Shown here: one piece after another, positions 11,147-24,479 of the stretch
Layout of the letters: every line of letters starts with the position of its first letter
Position numbering within the stretch: position 1 is the first letter of the stretch
DNA from: Perna viridis
Lineage: Eukaryota
Direction: 5' to 3'
Length of the DNA stretch: 64,000 bases
Assembly (NCBI GenBank): GCA_037379345.1
Contig: CM074514.1
Location: 9,176,001 to 9,240,000, forward strand
Program-made: the position numbers and the translations under genes
The notes under the pieces: model-generated
The model's database searches: none
Seen by the model: the letters and a program-made list of their open reading frames with translations, nothing else
Told to the model about the DNA's origin: nothing

Positions 11147-13061
11147 TGCATTTGAAATATATTCTGTAGGGAATTGTCACTGTTTTGCTTTCTGGTGAAT
11201 GAAATAGTTCAACAGTTGTATACAGAACACTTATCTAAATTTATTTCATATTCTGAAAAAAAAATTAGGGTAGCTTAACTTTTTTCTTGTAATATTAAAA
11301 CACCTAAATCCCATTTCAATAGAACATGTTCGCGCATATAAAGAGGGTTTATAAAATCAATGTTTGTAATTTTACATTTGGTTTATTCCGAATAGCCTTT
11401 TTGAATAATTAAAATAAAAAAAAGAAGTTTTTTTTCACTTTTTAAAACTTTATTTAACATTGAAAATACATACTTTTTTTATTTTGCAAGATGACATAAA
11501 AATGCCTCGTGCAATAGATTTGATCGAACTTAAGTGCAAATTATTAAAAAGAGAAAAGCGTTGGGAAAAACGAAGCAAATTAAGAATAGTTGATGCATCA
11601 GATTAAACTCGATGGTAACTTTTGCTATTAAATTTTATTAGAAATCAATGAAAATGTTTTCATTTGTGGGTCGTCCTAAGAATGATGTATGAAAACCAAA
11701 TCGCATATATTTTTTAAAACAAAAAATAAATAAGTGAAACTAAGAGGCAATATCCAAAAAATGTGAAAAATAAGCAAATATTGTTGAAACTTTTGCGGGT
11801 AATGTTTCAATTAAAAATTTCAGGTTAGAAGTTTTAAGATGAAATAATCAAATTGGACTTTTGATAAAACATGATAATTTGAATTTCTCCATAAAAACAA
11901 TATAGGTTATTGTGACTTTTTCGTGTTTCAGCTGTTGCAACGGACTTACACTTCTAAACAATGCTTGCAACGAGTCTAATTCGTCCGATATAATAAGGTA
12001 CCGTACAGGTGGTTCACGTAATAGTGGAGAGGGATCTTGTTCATCTTCTGGAAATTGTACTGTCAGGATGGTTTTTACCAATCTGGAGGACAATGCTGAA
12101 GTAAATATTCAATGGTCTTTTCATTTTTCTGATAGTTTCAACGATTAAAGCCAAACACGTACAATATATATATATATATTTTCATGCAGACCGGTACCAT
12201 TCCATGATGAAAAAATCAGTTTCTCTTTTTTTTTGTGTATTTTGAAAAATAAAGAGGTTGTTTAAAATTTTAATTTCTTTTTTCTGTACGCACCGTCTAA
12301 CCTCAGCTGACTTTGATTACATAACTTTATGCATATATTACAAACGTAATGTTCATAGCTAAGATCAATGGTAATTTCAAGTTTACGCTATACATCGTTT
12401 TTTGTAATTACTCGATTATAAATACCACCCAAAGATTAATACAAAACTCAGTTGTTAATAGTAAGGACACAATACTATTTATTGTTCATGTATCACTGAA
12501 AAATATATTATTGGAATAATTTTTCAAAGTTCTTTAAATGAGACAGCTTAAATTTTCTACTATATTTACTATAATAAGTTTAAGTACCTTAAAAACCATA
12601 TGTATTCCTAATTACATTTTTACTGTTCTTTAGTTTGTCCAAGTATTTCCAATCTTAACCATCGAAGGTGTATCTCAGTAAGTGATAACTATTGTGAATG
12701 GTGTCAGTACGAGATAATGGCCAAGAGGTACTACAGAGGGTATACACGTAATTATGATGGTGCCATGAAACACAGTAGAAGTAAGTCAAAGAATGTTTTG
12801 TAAGTCATAAACTGATTAAATATATAAATGAAAGCGACACAATATCCAACATAAAAACAAACAATCAAAACAAATGATAGAAGATAAACAAAGAAAAAAG
12901 CATAAGGAACATGCATCCAAGACCAATCATGCTTACCAACAAATTTAAAAAAAATCGACATGTTCCATTTTGTTTATTAAAATACAGTTGAACATGTCTA
13001 ATTTGAACCCTAAAAATAAAACATGGTAAAACCATACTTTTCAATGGCCCATTCTGTCGAT

Positions 13062-13062
<1 letters not shown>

Positions 13063-13088
<26 letters not shown>
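13063..13088. repeat. (CA)n microsatellite
   Basis: Uninterrupted ACAC run. Confidence 0.95.
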
Positions 13089-13095
<7 letters not shown>

Positions 13096-13647
13096 CCACG
13101 AACATCTGTCTTCACTTTACATGTTTAGTCGCAAGGTTCCCTGTATATGATAATTGCACATTTAGGTCTATCAGAACTGGGTATGATGCCATTTCAATTT
13201 TAAAAGAAACAATGTGATATCACTAGCTTTTCAATTGTTATTGCTGTAAATAAAATAAACATAATGTATTGAAATATCGTTGTAAAATCTCATTTCAGAG
13301 GCTTGTTTATGGAGATCAGATAGCACCCGATGTTATCCAGGAAACTGTACAAATGAAATAGTAGAATCTTGCTCTTGTATCTCTGGCTTTGGAGGCAATC
13401 AATGTGATGAAAGTATGTTCGCAGTTTTCTATGAATCGTTGTCTCACACCATTCTTACCATTCTTATACTAATTAAATTTCGTATTATTTATATGCTATT
13501 GACGTACAAGCCATTCAATGAATGAGGAGGAGATAATACAGTTTGTATTAACTTTTCCTTATCACCATAGTTTTAAGGGTAACATAATTCTAATTTAATT
13601 TGTGTGGACTTTAACAAGTTACTAGTAATCAATTGATGAAGTCCGAT

Positions 13648-16600
13648 CCGATAAGATTATTGTTCAGTCCTTGTATGGTAAACAGAACCCTCTATGTCAA
13701 GTTTATACTTTTACGCCCTCGGATTGAGATGCGTGTTTATGTATTGTTGTTTCTTGTATTTTGTTTACTTCACTCACTTAACCATGATTTGATTGGTAGC
13801 ACGGCTTTTAGAAAGACGTTTTGCTGGTATATGTTCCAATACAATATAATTCTATGTAATTGATAACTTTTGTTAACCTCTCAAAATTATTAAATGCAAT
13901 AAAAACCTTACCACCCTCTTAGCAACGGAGTTATTTTAGCTATACCATATATAAAATGGTTGTAGTCGAAGCAATAATACACAGAATATATGAATAATAA
14001 TGAAAAATGAGAAATAGTATAAATATTATAAATTGTAATTATATCAAATTATCACATGACATTTTTTATATCACATGTATTATTAGCACAAGGTTTGATA
14101 TTGGCCCAAGAGCGATAGCACGTTCATATCACTCACAGTTTTACGTTTTGTATTATAATATTCTTCATAGACTCTATACATTCCATGGCATCGTCAATCT
14201 CCATTTCCATCCTACTAGGTTGTTCGTCTGCTTCGTCGCTAGACGCGATATTGTAAACAAATACGATAATTGCCGAGCCTTTAGGGAAAGGGGTGTAATA
14301 TCACTTACGGAAAGCCATGTAATATCATTCCGAAGCATGTAATAACATTTTGATATCAGCTCCTTAGACAATCTTGAAAAATATCAAATTTTGGCCCTAC
14401 AACTTGCTTTATTATACAGTAAAAAACGAGACTTATTTTCTATAAGTATATGATAAAACTGAATACTTGTCATCAGCGCGGGACTGACTGCGACCTATGG
14501 GACGAAAATGAGCCCTATCCTAGTCCTTAAACAAACAAACCTTTATGTATCTATATAATAATACAAGTATACAAATACAATAATATTACTGGGTCAGTGC
14601 ATGAATACTGGAGAATATCATCCGAGTAGATATTTATATTGCACGAGTTTACGAGTGCAACATACATTCTACGAGGGATAATATTCCCCGGTTTTGTTCG
14701 TGATTGATCAATAATCCTTTTAGAGCGTACTTCATCAGTTGGTTAACCGAGTAGAAGTTTATACTGCACGTGTTTACGGGTGCAATATACACTCTACGAG
14801 GGATCATATTCCACAGTTTTTAAACAATAATAGCAATATAATGTAATCTTGTTTAAAATTAAATTTTGTCATGGATAACGTCATAAATTTATAAATTTAA
14901 TTAATTTATATTTGCACTTTAGCAATAAGGAAATTTATTGCACGCTGACTTTGCATTGCTTTCTATGGGGAAATCATATTTCCATTCAATAAAACTATAA
15001 TACACTGTATTTATCGCGCAAGAAATTACTCAGACGGATACAAATAAGCATGAAAAGACATCTGAGTAATATTCAAGAAATGACGAGAGTAAAACGTTTT
15101 CGTAGCCTTTTATTTATATCTTACATAGATATGATTTCTTAAGCTTTGAAAAATCACTAATACAAACATAACTTATGATTTTCTTGAGAATCAAACCTAC
15201 CTGAAATTGTAATTTTCAATTATCCACCACTGATGTAAACATACAACTAAAGTTATTATTATGTTACAAAACAGTTACAGAAGAAACATCAATCCTATAT
15301 GCTGAGATAAAGTTATATAATCCCTCTCAAGAAACTGTGATGACACCGACAGATCCAAGTGAGACCGGTCCACAGCCGATGACACCGATAAGATTATTGT
15401 TCAGTCCTTGTATGGTAAACAGAACCCTCTATGTCAAGTTTATACTTTTACGCCCTCGGGTTGAGATGCGTGTTTATGTATTGTTGTTTCTTGTATTTTG
15501 TTTACTTCACTCACTTAACCATGATTTGATTGGTAGCACGGCTTTTAGAAAGACGTTTTGCTGGTATATGTTCCAATACAATATAATTCTATGTAATTGA
15601 TAACTTTTGTTAACCTCTCAAAATTATTAAATGCAATAAAAACCTTACCACCCTCTTAGCAACGGAGTTATTTTAGCTATACCATATATAAAATGGTTGT
15701 AGTCGAAGCAATAATACACAGAATATATGAATAATAATGAAAAATGAGAAATAGTATAAATATTATAAATTGTAATTATATCAAATTATCACATGACATT
15801 TTTTATATCACATGTATTATTAGCACAAGGTTTGATATTGGCCCAAGAGCGATAGCACGTTCATATCACTCACAGTTTTACGTTTTGTATTATAATATTC
15901 TTCATAGACTCTATACATTCCATGGCATCGTCAATCTCCATTTCCATCCTACTAGGTTGTTCGTCTGCTTCGTCGCTAGACGCGATATTGTAAACAAATA
16001 CGATAATTGCCGAGCCTTTAGGGAAAGGGGTGTAATATCACTTACGGAAAGCCATGTAATATCATTCCGAAGCATGTAATAACATTTTGATATCAGCTCC
16101 TTAGACAATCTTGAAAAATATCAAATTTTGGCCCTACAACTTGCTTTATTATACAGTAAAAAACGAGACTTATTTTCTATAAGTATATGATAAAACTGAA
16201 TACTTGTCATCAGCGCGGGACTGACTGCGACCTATGGGACGAAAATGAGCCCTATCCTAGTCCTTAAACAAACAAACCTTTATGTATCTATATAATAATA
16301 CAAGTATACAAATACAATAATATTACTGGGTCAGTGCATGAATACTGGAGAATATCATCCGAGTAGATATTTATATTGCACGAGTTTACGAGTGCAACAT
16401 ACATTCTACGAGGGATAATATTCCCCGGTTTTGTTCGTGATTGATCAATAATCCTTTTAGAGCGTACTTCATCAGTTGGTTAACCGAGTAGAAGTTTATA
16501 CTGCACGTGTTTACGGGTGCAATATACACTCTACGAGGGATCATATTCCACAGTTTTTAAACAATAATAGCAATATAATGTAATCTTGTTTAAAATTAAA

Positions 16601-17117
16601 TTTTGTCATGGATAACGTCATAAATTTATAAATTTAATTAATTTATATTTGCACTTTAGCAATAAGGAAATTTATTGCACGCTGACTTTGCATTGCTTTC
16701 TATGGGGAAATCATATTTCCATTCAATAAAACTATAATACACTGTATTTATCGCGCAAGAAATTACTCAGACGGATACAAATAAGCATGAAAAGACATCT
16801 GAGTAATATTCAAGAAATGACGAGAGTAAAACGTTTTCGTAGCCTTTTATTTATATCTTACATAGATATGATTTCTTAAGCTTTGAAAAATCACTAATAC
16901 AAACATAACTTATGATTTTCTTGAGAATCAAACCTACCTGAAATTGTAATTTTCAATTATCCACCACTGATGTAAACATACAACTAAAGTTATTATTATG
17001 TTACAAAACAGTTACAGAAGAAACATCAATCCTATATGCTGAGATAAAGTTATATAATCCCTCTCAAGAAACTGTGATGACACCGACAGATCCAAGTGAG
17101 ACCGGTCCACAGCCGAT
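13648..17117 (+). repeat. Tandem segmental duplication, period 1737 bp (13648-15380 and 15385-17117)
   Basis: Identical ORFs offset by 1737 (14007/15744, 14174/15911); at least one substitution between the copies (CGGATT vs CGGGTT). Confidence 0.95.
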
Positions 17118-17275
17118 CAAATTCACAAACAAAGGCGATTTAAATGAAGCAGAAATAGAATTTCATGCAAAATTTGTCGCTTTTGGTACACCTCCACCTC
17201 TGGATCCTGAACATTTTGTGACGTATTTTACTTATGGCATTGTTTATGGGCAGATGAAATTGGAATATGTAATAG
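17012..17275 (+). pseudogene. Exon of the giant repeat-protein gene (its 5' part is duplicated at 15275-15380)
   Basis: AG/GT-bounded open frame VTEETSILYAEIKLYNP...KFTNKGDLNEAEIEFHAKF...YGIVYGQMKLEYVI. Confidence 0.65.
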
Positions 17276-17668
17276 GTAAGTTTGTACTCATTATAAAATA
17301 ACAATTGACATTTCTAAATCAATATTAGTGAAAATTTTTTTTTTCTTACATTGTAAAGCAAAAGGAAAATAGTATTTCAGGAATGTTTCTAGTTTCTAGC
17401 TTTTTATGATCTAACCAGATGAGATAGTTCATTCCTTATAACTTAATTTCTAATACGATTCTAATAAGGTTCATTGTCAAACGTTGTCTTTTTTTTCTTT
17501 GGGCTAATTGAATTTCGAAGTGCGGTCCGATCGATGTTCATTACGTCACAGTACCAAAGCAAGTTATACACAAAAATTACATGCAAGAAAAACAACCAAT
17601 TAAAAGGCATGCTACGAATCAAATCAGATTATTATTCAGTGGTTTAGAGAACTTTACCGAATGATTTT

Positions 17669-18388
17669 TACCGAGGAAAATGTTTACAAAATTCTGCAAT
17701 TTTTAATCGACAACATATGTGTCCAGTGTAATGGACGCGCTTTTCAACAAGCGGTTGGCATTCCAATGGGAACAAATCGTGCTCTTTTACTAGCTGACCT
17801 ATTCCTTCACTCTTATGAGGCTGACTTTATAGCTGATCTGATCCGAAAGAAAGAATATCCTTTGCCTAGATCCTTCCATCTCAGTTTCCGCTATATAGAT
17901 GACGTATTATCTTTAAACAATCCTAATTTCGGGGATTTGATACATAGCATCTACCCCATAGATTGAGATAAAGGATACTACAGACACTGTGAAGTCAGCC
18001 ACATATCTTGACCTACACTTAGAAATCGATGGTAAAGGCAAACTATTGACCAAAATTTACGACAAACGTGATGACTTTTCATTCAAATTGTTAACATTAC
18101 TTTCATCTGTGGCAACATCCCTTCAGCACCAGCGTATGGAGTGTTCATATCACATACCCCGTACTTGACTTTTTAAGAGCAACTCGGCGGGTGATTCTAG
18201 AAAAGCAGAGGACCTTACCCTACCGGTGCACCTGGTCCATGCTCCCAGTTTTTAGTGGAGTCCGAGTTACTCATTTGCTTTTGTTACTTTGTATGTATGA
18301 TTTTAGTTACCTAATGTTGTGTATGTCTGTTTTCCATGTCTTTCTTTGTCCCTGGATTGCATTCTTTTGATTACCGCTATAACCTTGG
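17669..18388 (+). mobile_element. Naiad PLE fragment (RT core plus 3' UTR, internal deletion)
   Basis: GIPMGTN, RYIDD, YLDL motifs; 3' UTR matches 5060-5295. Confidence 0.9.
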
Positions 18389-19122
18389 AAGCGCGCAATG
18401 GAGGTACCTGAGATATTTGAACAGAAGAGAAATCTTTTTACATCTACAATAAGAACATCACTCACGGGTATTACAACAACATTGAGTTACACGGTACAAT
18501 GGGATTATATTACTCCTTATTATACCTGTCTACAAAAATTATTCGGACTCACAAATAGATGTAACGGATGTCACCGATCAGGTGATTATAACTTTGCTAA
18601 AGCCATTTATCATTAACAGTTAGTTATCTTATTCATTAAATTAAGAAATTCTCTTGAATTTTCAGTAAAGTTCGAAAACCCAGCGTACAATAATATCAGT
18701 CCTAAAATGAAAAATGATATTTGAGTCAGATATATGTAGCACATATTTAAGAATTCCGTCTATTCTATGTTTTGATTGAGAAACATTGAGCATTAACGAA
18801 AGGACTAAACCTTTAATAAATCCCGAAGAACTACTTTTATTGGAGTAAGTGTTACTGTTATTTAAAATTGTTGTCCTTCTGTCCTCACCTTGTGTTTCGT
18901 GCTTTGTTGTATGTTAGTTTCTTTTGACCTCTCCAGAAGTTAATAATGTTTAAATGGAAATCATGGTCAGATGATTTAGTTGGAGTGGATTTTTATGAGT
19001 ATGAAATATACAGCCTAGCTAATTATGGACCAGTTCTCAGAGAAGCAAACAAGTTGTTTCATTCCAACGGGACAAATCTTAAGGAGGTATGGATATTGCA
19101 AAAAGTAACAAGAAAAACAACA

Positions 19123-19153
<31 letters not shown>

Positions 19154-21249
19154 CAAACAGAAAAAAAAAACAAAAACAAAACAAAAAAAAAAATAAAAAA
19201 AAATAAAAAAACAAAAAAACGTATCATTGTCTAATACCAAATTGAAAAAAAAACTTGTTAACTGCGGTTACAGTTGTTTTATCTGTTCCTTTTGTTGTGT
19301 TATTAGGCATCTTCACTTGTACTCTTACTTTGTAGCGATGAAGACGCTTTGTAATGAAATTAAGCATTGTCATACCGATAAATTGAAAACTACCCCAGAT
19401 GAGGACTCTTGAAATTAGGCATGGTCATTTCGATTTTTTATCACTCCCCCTAGGCATGATAATGGTGTTTGTATGTACGGTGACCCGTGCCCACACGAGC
19501 TTGTGTGGCACAAATCTACCTCGTACCAAAGTCCTTTTTTTGTCATATTCTTGGTTTTAAAGCTACATATTTTTTTTCTTAAGGGTGAATTTAATGTAAC
19601 ACAGCCAGGCATGTACTCCATTATCGTCACAGCTTTTGATAAGGCTGGCAAGTATAAGTCCACGAGATCCTTATTGTTCTTTGATGATCAGTCAGTAGTA
19701 GAAAAAATTCAGGGAGAGCACCCTGGATACCAACCGGACATGGGTAGTCTTACAAACAAATCTACTTCATGTCACGTGGCCTGGAAGATTTATGAATGAA
19801 CGACATGATTTGAATAAATGGCTATTTCCAGTGGAAAACAACAGTCACGTAGACAACTTATATGACGACTTCTTTGAACGAAGGACTGTTAAGTTGTTTA
19901 CTAATGTCAAAGGTATTAGTTCGCCAATATTTACACTTAACTTTGGCTTAAACATACTTTCTTGTATATCTAAAAGGAAAAAGAAACGAGCATTGAATTA
20001 GAAAAGTTTTGTTATTTTGTTTTATACATGTTGTGTACATAGGTACAAGTGGTGAAACAAAACTTTTTAATGTGGTTTCTTTAATCTCCTATAACCAATC
20101 GAAAAAAAAATTGTCTTGAATGATTTTGAAATACACAATGTTTGTTTTGCATATCGCCAAGACGCAAGACTAACGTGCTTTTTATATAATTTGAACTGAT
20201 ATCTACGTGAATAAAACCCGATAATATAGATATTTAATTGTGCTTCGGTTGTAGGAGTTGTTAAATTCGACGTTAACTATACAGTATCCGGTGAAGATGT
20301 CAAGTCGTACAAAGCCTACACCAACGTGATAGATATTTTACAGGAAACGGAAGTGCTTAACGTCGTTTGGGAAGATGGCGAGAAACTAGACATCTTCGTT
20401 AAAGCAACAGACATAATTGGAGAATATATTGAAGATTTTATTACAGTATATCGGGATGTAACCTATCCAATTATAGGAAACTTATGGTTGTCATATGGGA
20501 ATAAAACAGAATTATTTGTACACCGTTTGGAGGACTTTACAGAAATGACGTGAGCAATTTTAAGTTTTCTAAAACAAATATACAATCAATTATTCTGATT
20601 CTTGAACACAGAGATCGCTTATTTTTAAACAGAATACTGTAAAATTACCACTGGATTGAAACTATTTTCATTGTTTTGATCTTGACGCAAAGTTAAAGAT
20701 TAATCTTAAATATGTACTCTTGTAAATGCTGAATTTCACGTTTTTGATCTTGATTCTTCGGTTTTTATTTCTTTCTAACAACAGGTTTGAATGGGATACT
20801 TATGATTACCACAGTGGTCTCCATAGCGCTCATTGAAAATTATACGACAATTTTACAGGAGGTGAAATTCTGCATGGAAATTCCCATCTCCTCGCTCAAG
20901 GCAATGCAGATGTTTATATTTTCAACTCAAATTTACATATGCCTTACTTAACAATTATAGGTTAAAAAAGTACGACAGATGGAACATGCATGACTAAATT
21001 CCATTGGGTGAACCTATGAAGAATTTAATCTCTATTAAATGTACTACTTTCATGACTAAGATGATCAGATAACATCGTTTTTACATAGATTTAGAATATT
21101 TTTTCGTAAACGCAGATATTTCAATTCACTCTTTACAGTGGGAGAGACTGAATCTTAGATCAATATCATTGTTTGTATGATTAAACAAATTCTAAATATT
21201 CCTAATTTCGTGCCATTGTAAAAACAGATTAAACTTGATTAAATCCAAA

Positions 21250-21887
21250 TATCTTGACCTACACTTAGAAATCGATGGTAAGGAACTATTGACCAAATTT
21301 TACGAAAAACGTGATGACTTTTCATTCAGAATTGTCAACTTTCCTTTCATCTGTGGCAACATCCCTTCGGCTCCTGCGTATGGAGTGTTCATATCACAAC
21401 TCATGCGTTATGCCAGAGCTTGCCGAAACTACGCAGACTTTTCGTATCGCGCTAGAACTCTAACAAATAGGCTTCTGGAACAGGGTTATGTTGCTACAAG
21501 ATTGAAGTCATCACTACAGAAGTTTTATGGTCGTCATCATGAACTGGTGGATCGTTATGGTGTATCCATCAGCACCATGAAAACTGATTTATTCAACGGG
21601 TCATAGTTTTCCTTTCCTCGTTTGTCGACCCCGGACTTGACTTTTTATTAGCAACTCGGCTGGTGTTTCTAGAAAAGCTGAGGACGCTTACCCTACCGGT
21701 GCACCTGGTCCATGCTCCCAGTTTTTAGTGGAGTCCGAGTTGCTCATTTACTTTTGTTACTTTGTATGTATGATTTTAGTTACTTTATGTTCTTTGTTGT
21801 GTATGTCTGTTTTCCATGTCTGGTCTTTGTCACCTGGATTACATTCTTTTGATTACCGCTATAACCTTGGTTCCCTTGATTACTCTA
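21250..21887 (+). mobile_element. Naiad PLE 5'-truncated copy
   Basis: Matches 4676-5310 and ends at GATTACTCT. Confidence 0.92.
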
Positions 21888-22192
21888 TCACTTTTATTGT
21901 AACTATTATTTCATACTTATCAGAAAAAAATGTAACATTTTTTTGTCAAGAATATAATTTCATGTGAAGACCTCTACGAGACTGCTCCTGGTGGCCCTAA
22001 TTGTTACTGTACATTATATCATGTATGTTCCATCGACATTTCCATATTAAACCTGAAATAGTATTCGAAACTGGGCTTGGTCAAGGAAAAGACAAGGGAC
22101 TCCTCGAATCGGATTGTTTTATAGAAGTTACTGTTCTTAACCAGGCAATGTTGACTTCAGTACTTACTCGAAAGGTAAATAATTTGATTTCC

Positions 22193-23921
22193 TTAAAGGG
22201 AAAGATCACCTTTGCATTAAGTTATGAAAAATCATACACATGTAACCAAAATAAATAGCCTTTAATGCAAAATGCAAAATCTTTGATGTATATATGTGAA
22301 TAGCTATCTTGTAAAACTCTTTTATTTTGAAGGAATCGGTAATGTTGATCACAATCAGACTTGGTTTTTACCGATAGCTTCCGAAGTCGGTTTGGTACTG
22401 ATACAAGTACGACACGTACGATATATTTATATGTAAACAAATAATATTCAATAAATATTTTTACGATCTTGTTTTTCTCTTCACCAAAACAAGCTGTCTT
22501 GTCAATCTTATGATTGCACAATGATATTACAGAAATATTCAACCAGTTTTTTGACCGGCAATACGAACACTCTTCGGAAGTAACCATTAAAGTTTCCTAA
22601 GAAATACTAGTCTTCTAGCTGCAAATACCATTGTTCGTCAATATTGTCTGACATTAGCTAAGACGTGCTTTAGTCTCTTCTTCTGTGTATTTTGGATTGA
22701 AATTATAAGGGAAAAGTCTTAAATTTGCGCTTTCTTTGGACATAGCAATGGGTTACCTATGTAAGGTGTAATCTTGAGCGGTCAATAATTCCTTACCAAG
22801 TTAAACTTGGATTCATAGTAGAATATGTTGTTCACAAAGAGATATGACAAATGCTATCTGCTAGTCACGATGAGGAATTAAAAAATATTTTCTTTAACTA
22901 TACACCTTGGGTTTTGCTTTACTTAACACATATAAAGGTGGTTAACTATACACTTGATCTAGCAAACACATCAATTGTATCCCCATATATATTGGAATTT
23001 TCAATATCAGTTATAATATCTACTGGCACTATCAATCAAATGGAATAACAAAGTCCTATATCACACACATTCTTAGGCACAAATTAATAGAATAATCAGA
23101 TCCTTGGAAAACGGTATACACAATACAACATGAATGACTGAACGAAATGCTAGCAGCACAAATATAAACTAATGAAGATATTCACTTCGACGCTACAGTA
23201 TTCACAACACAATATAAATCCAATGGATAGTTTCACTAAATTCTGAATCTTAGAATTAAATATAATTGTCTTTTATCTCATGGAATTCACTATTAAATCT
23301 AAAGGAATTACTTACACAGCACAATATAACACACAAGTGAATACGTCAGGCTTGATCAGCACACATTGACACTGAATCGCTGATGATTTACCCTTTTATA
23401 CTACCAGGCTAGATGACCATCATCCGGTTTAACACAACTCAAACATGTCAAGGGTAGCCAGGATAGAAAAATCAGTCGACTTCACAAAATGGATGTTTTG
23501 CTCTATTACCTTTAACGTGCTCCGTAATCAGTGGAAAAAAAACTTTTAAAATATTAGAAAGATATCTCGAAATCCCGTATCTTTCCCCCCATTACAATAA
23601 ATAATATAAACAAAACGGTAAACATACAAACAAGTAAGTCTATTATCGCTACACCTATTTACTTTCACTTTACAAATCGACATCGTTACGTCACAGCTCA
23701 ACCGGTGATTGTGGCACCCATATGCGCGGGAACTTCATAATTATGAATCGTGATTAATTAGTGAAGAAAAGGGTTTTAAACCTTTTTTCAATTCCGATTC
23801 TCATGAACACTTTACAGATTAGTTTCGATATTCATAATTTGCATAATAACATAGTTTTCTCCTTTAGCAACTTAAATAAAAAAAAAAAATAAAAAAGCTT
23901 GTTATCCAAGCTCGCCTTTAA
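22193..23921. mobile_element. Non-autonomous TTAA-flanked DNA transposon (Kolobok-like), interrupted by a solo LTR
   Basis: TTAA-AGG...CCT-TTAA boundaries; both flanks are homologous, in inverted orientation, to 38182-39007. Confidence 0.6.
22760..23653 (-). mobile_element. Solo LTR (Gypsy-like), 894 bp
   Basis: TGTA...TACA termini, 4-bp TSD CCTA, empty site present in the paralogous element at ~38400, and TATAAAAGGG on the minus strand at 23391-23400. Confidence 0.8.
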
Positions 23922-24293
23922 TATATTGGAATTGAAAGACATCAATTGAAATATTTACTTGTATATGGAGAAGCTGAACAAGTGTCGCCACTTTTTGTCA
24001 AAGCCAATGGACTCATATAACTATAATTTATTGTTCGGAATTCTTTTAAGGAAAGCTTCATTTTTATTTAAATGTTTTTTTCTCTCGCAAAAACCTAAGG
24101 CTTACTTTTGTCGTCTATAAGTTATAACCAAATCCCATATTCATTTTGACATTAACTTCAATTTCAAGTGTTTCAAGGAAATTATGAAGATTCAAAAGGA
24201 AAGAAATTTCAATAAAAATATATAATCGTATTTCAAATTAAAAATAACCAAGACTGTGTCAATTTCTTTGGAAGATAAACCATTTTGTTACAG

Positions 24294-24479
24294 ATAAATA
24301 TTAAAACTAGTCCACCACAACCACGCAGTGTACATGATGGTGTAACAGGAAGTCCAGAAGTCGACTATCAACAAGGATTTAACATTAAACTTTCACTGGG
24401 ACGGGTTCTTTGATCCAGTGAGTGGAGTAAAGTCTTACAAATACATAGTGACAAACAGAATGTTTTAACAAGTAATCAG
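24294..24479 (+). pseudogene. FN3/Ig-like repeat exon (frameshifted)
   Basis: TSPPQPRSVHDGVTGSPEVDYQQ...HWDGFFDPVSGVKSYKY, with splice sites. Confidence 0.7.

Noticed and set aside
8030-11830. Large non-coding block that may be a non-autonomous DNA transposon
   Set aside because: No terminal repeats, TSD or coding remnant could be identified by eye.
14007-16108. Duplicated 111-aa and 65-aa ORFs
   Set aside because: No recognisable domain; their identity only reflects the recent tandem duplication of intronic DNA.
19015-19227. Lys- or Phe-rich ORFs (also 52684-53154 and 5263-5556)
   Set aside because: Produced by low-complexity A-rich tracts.
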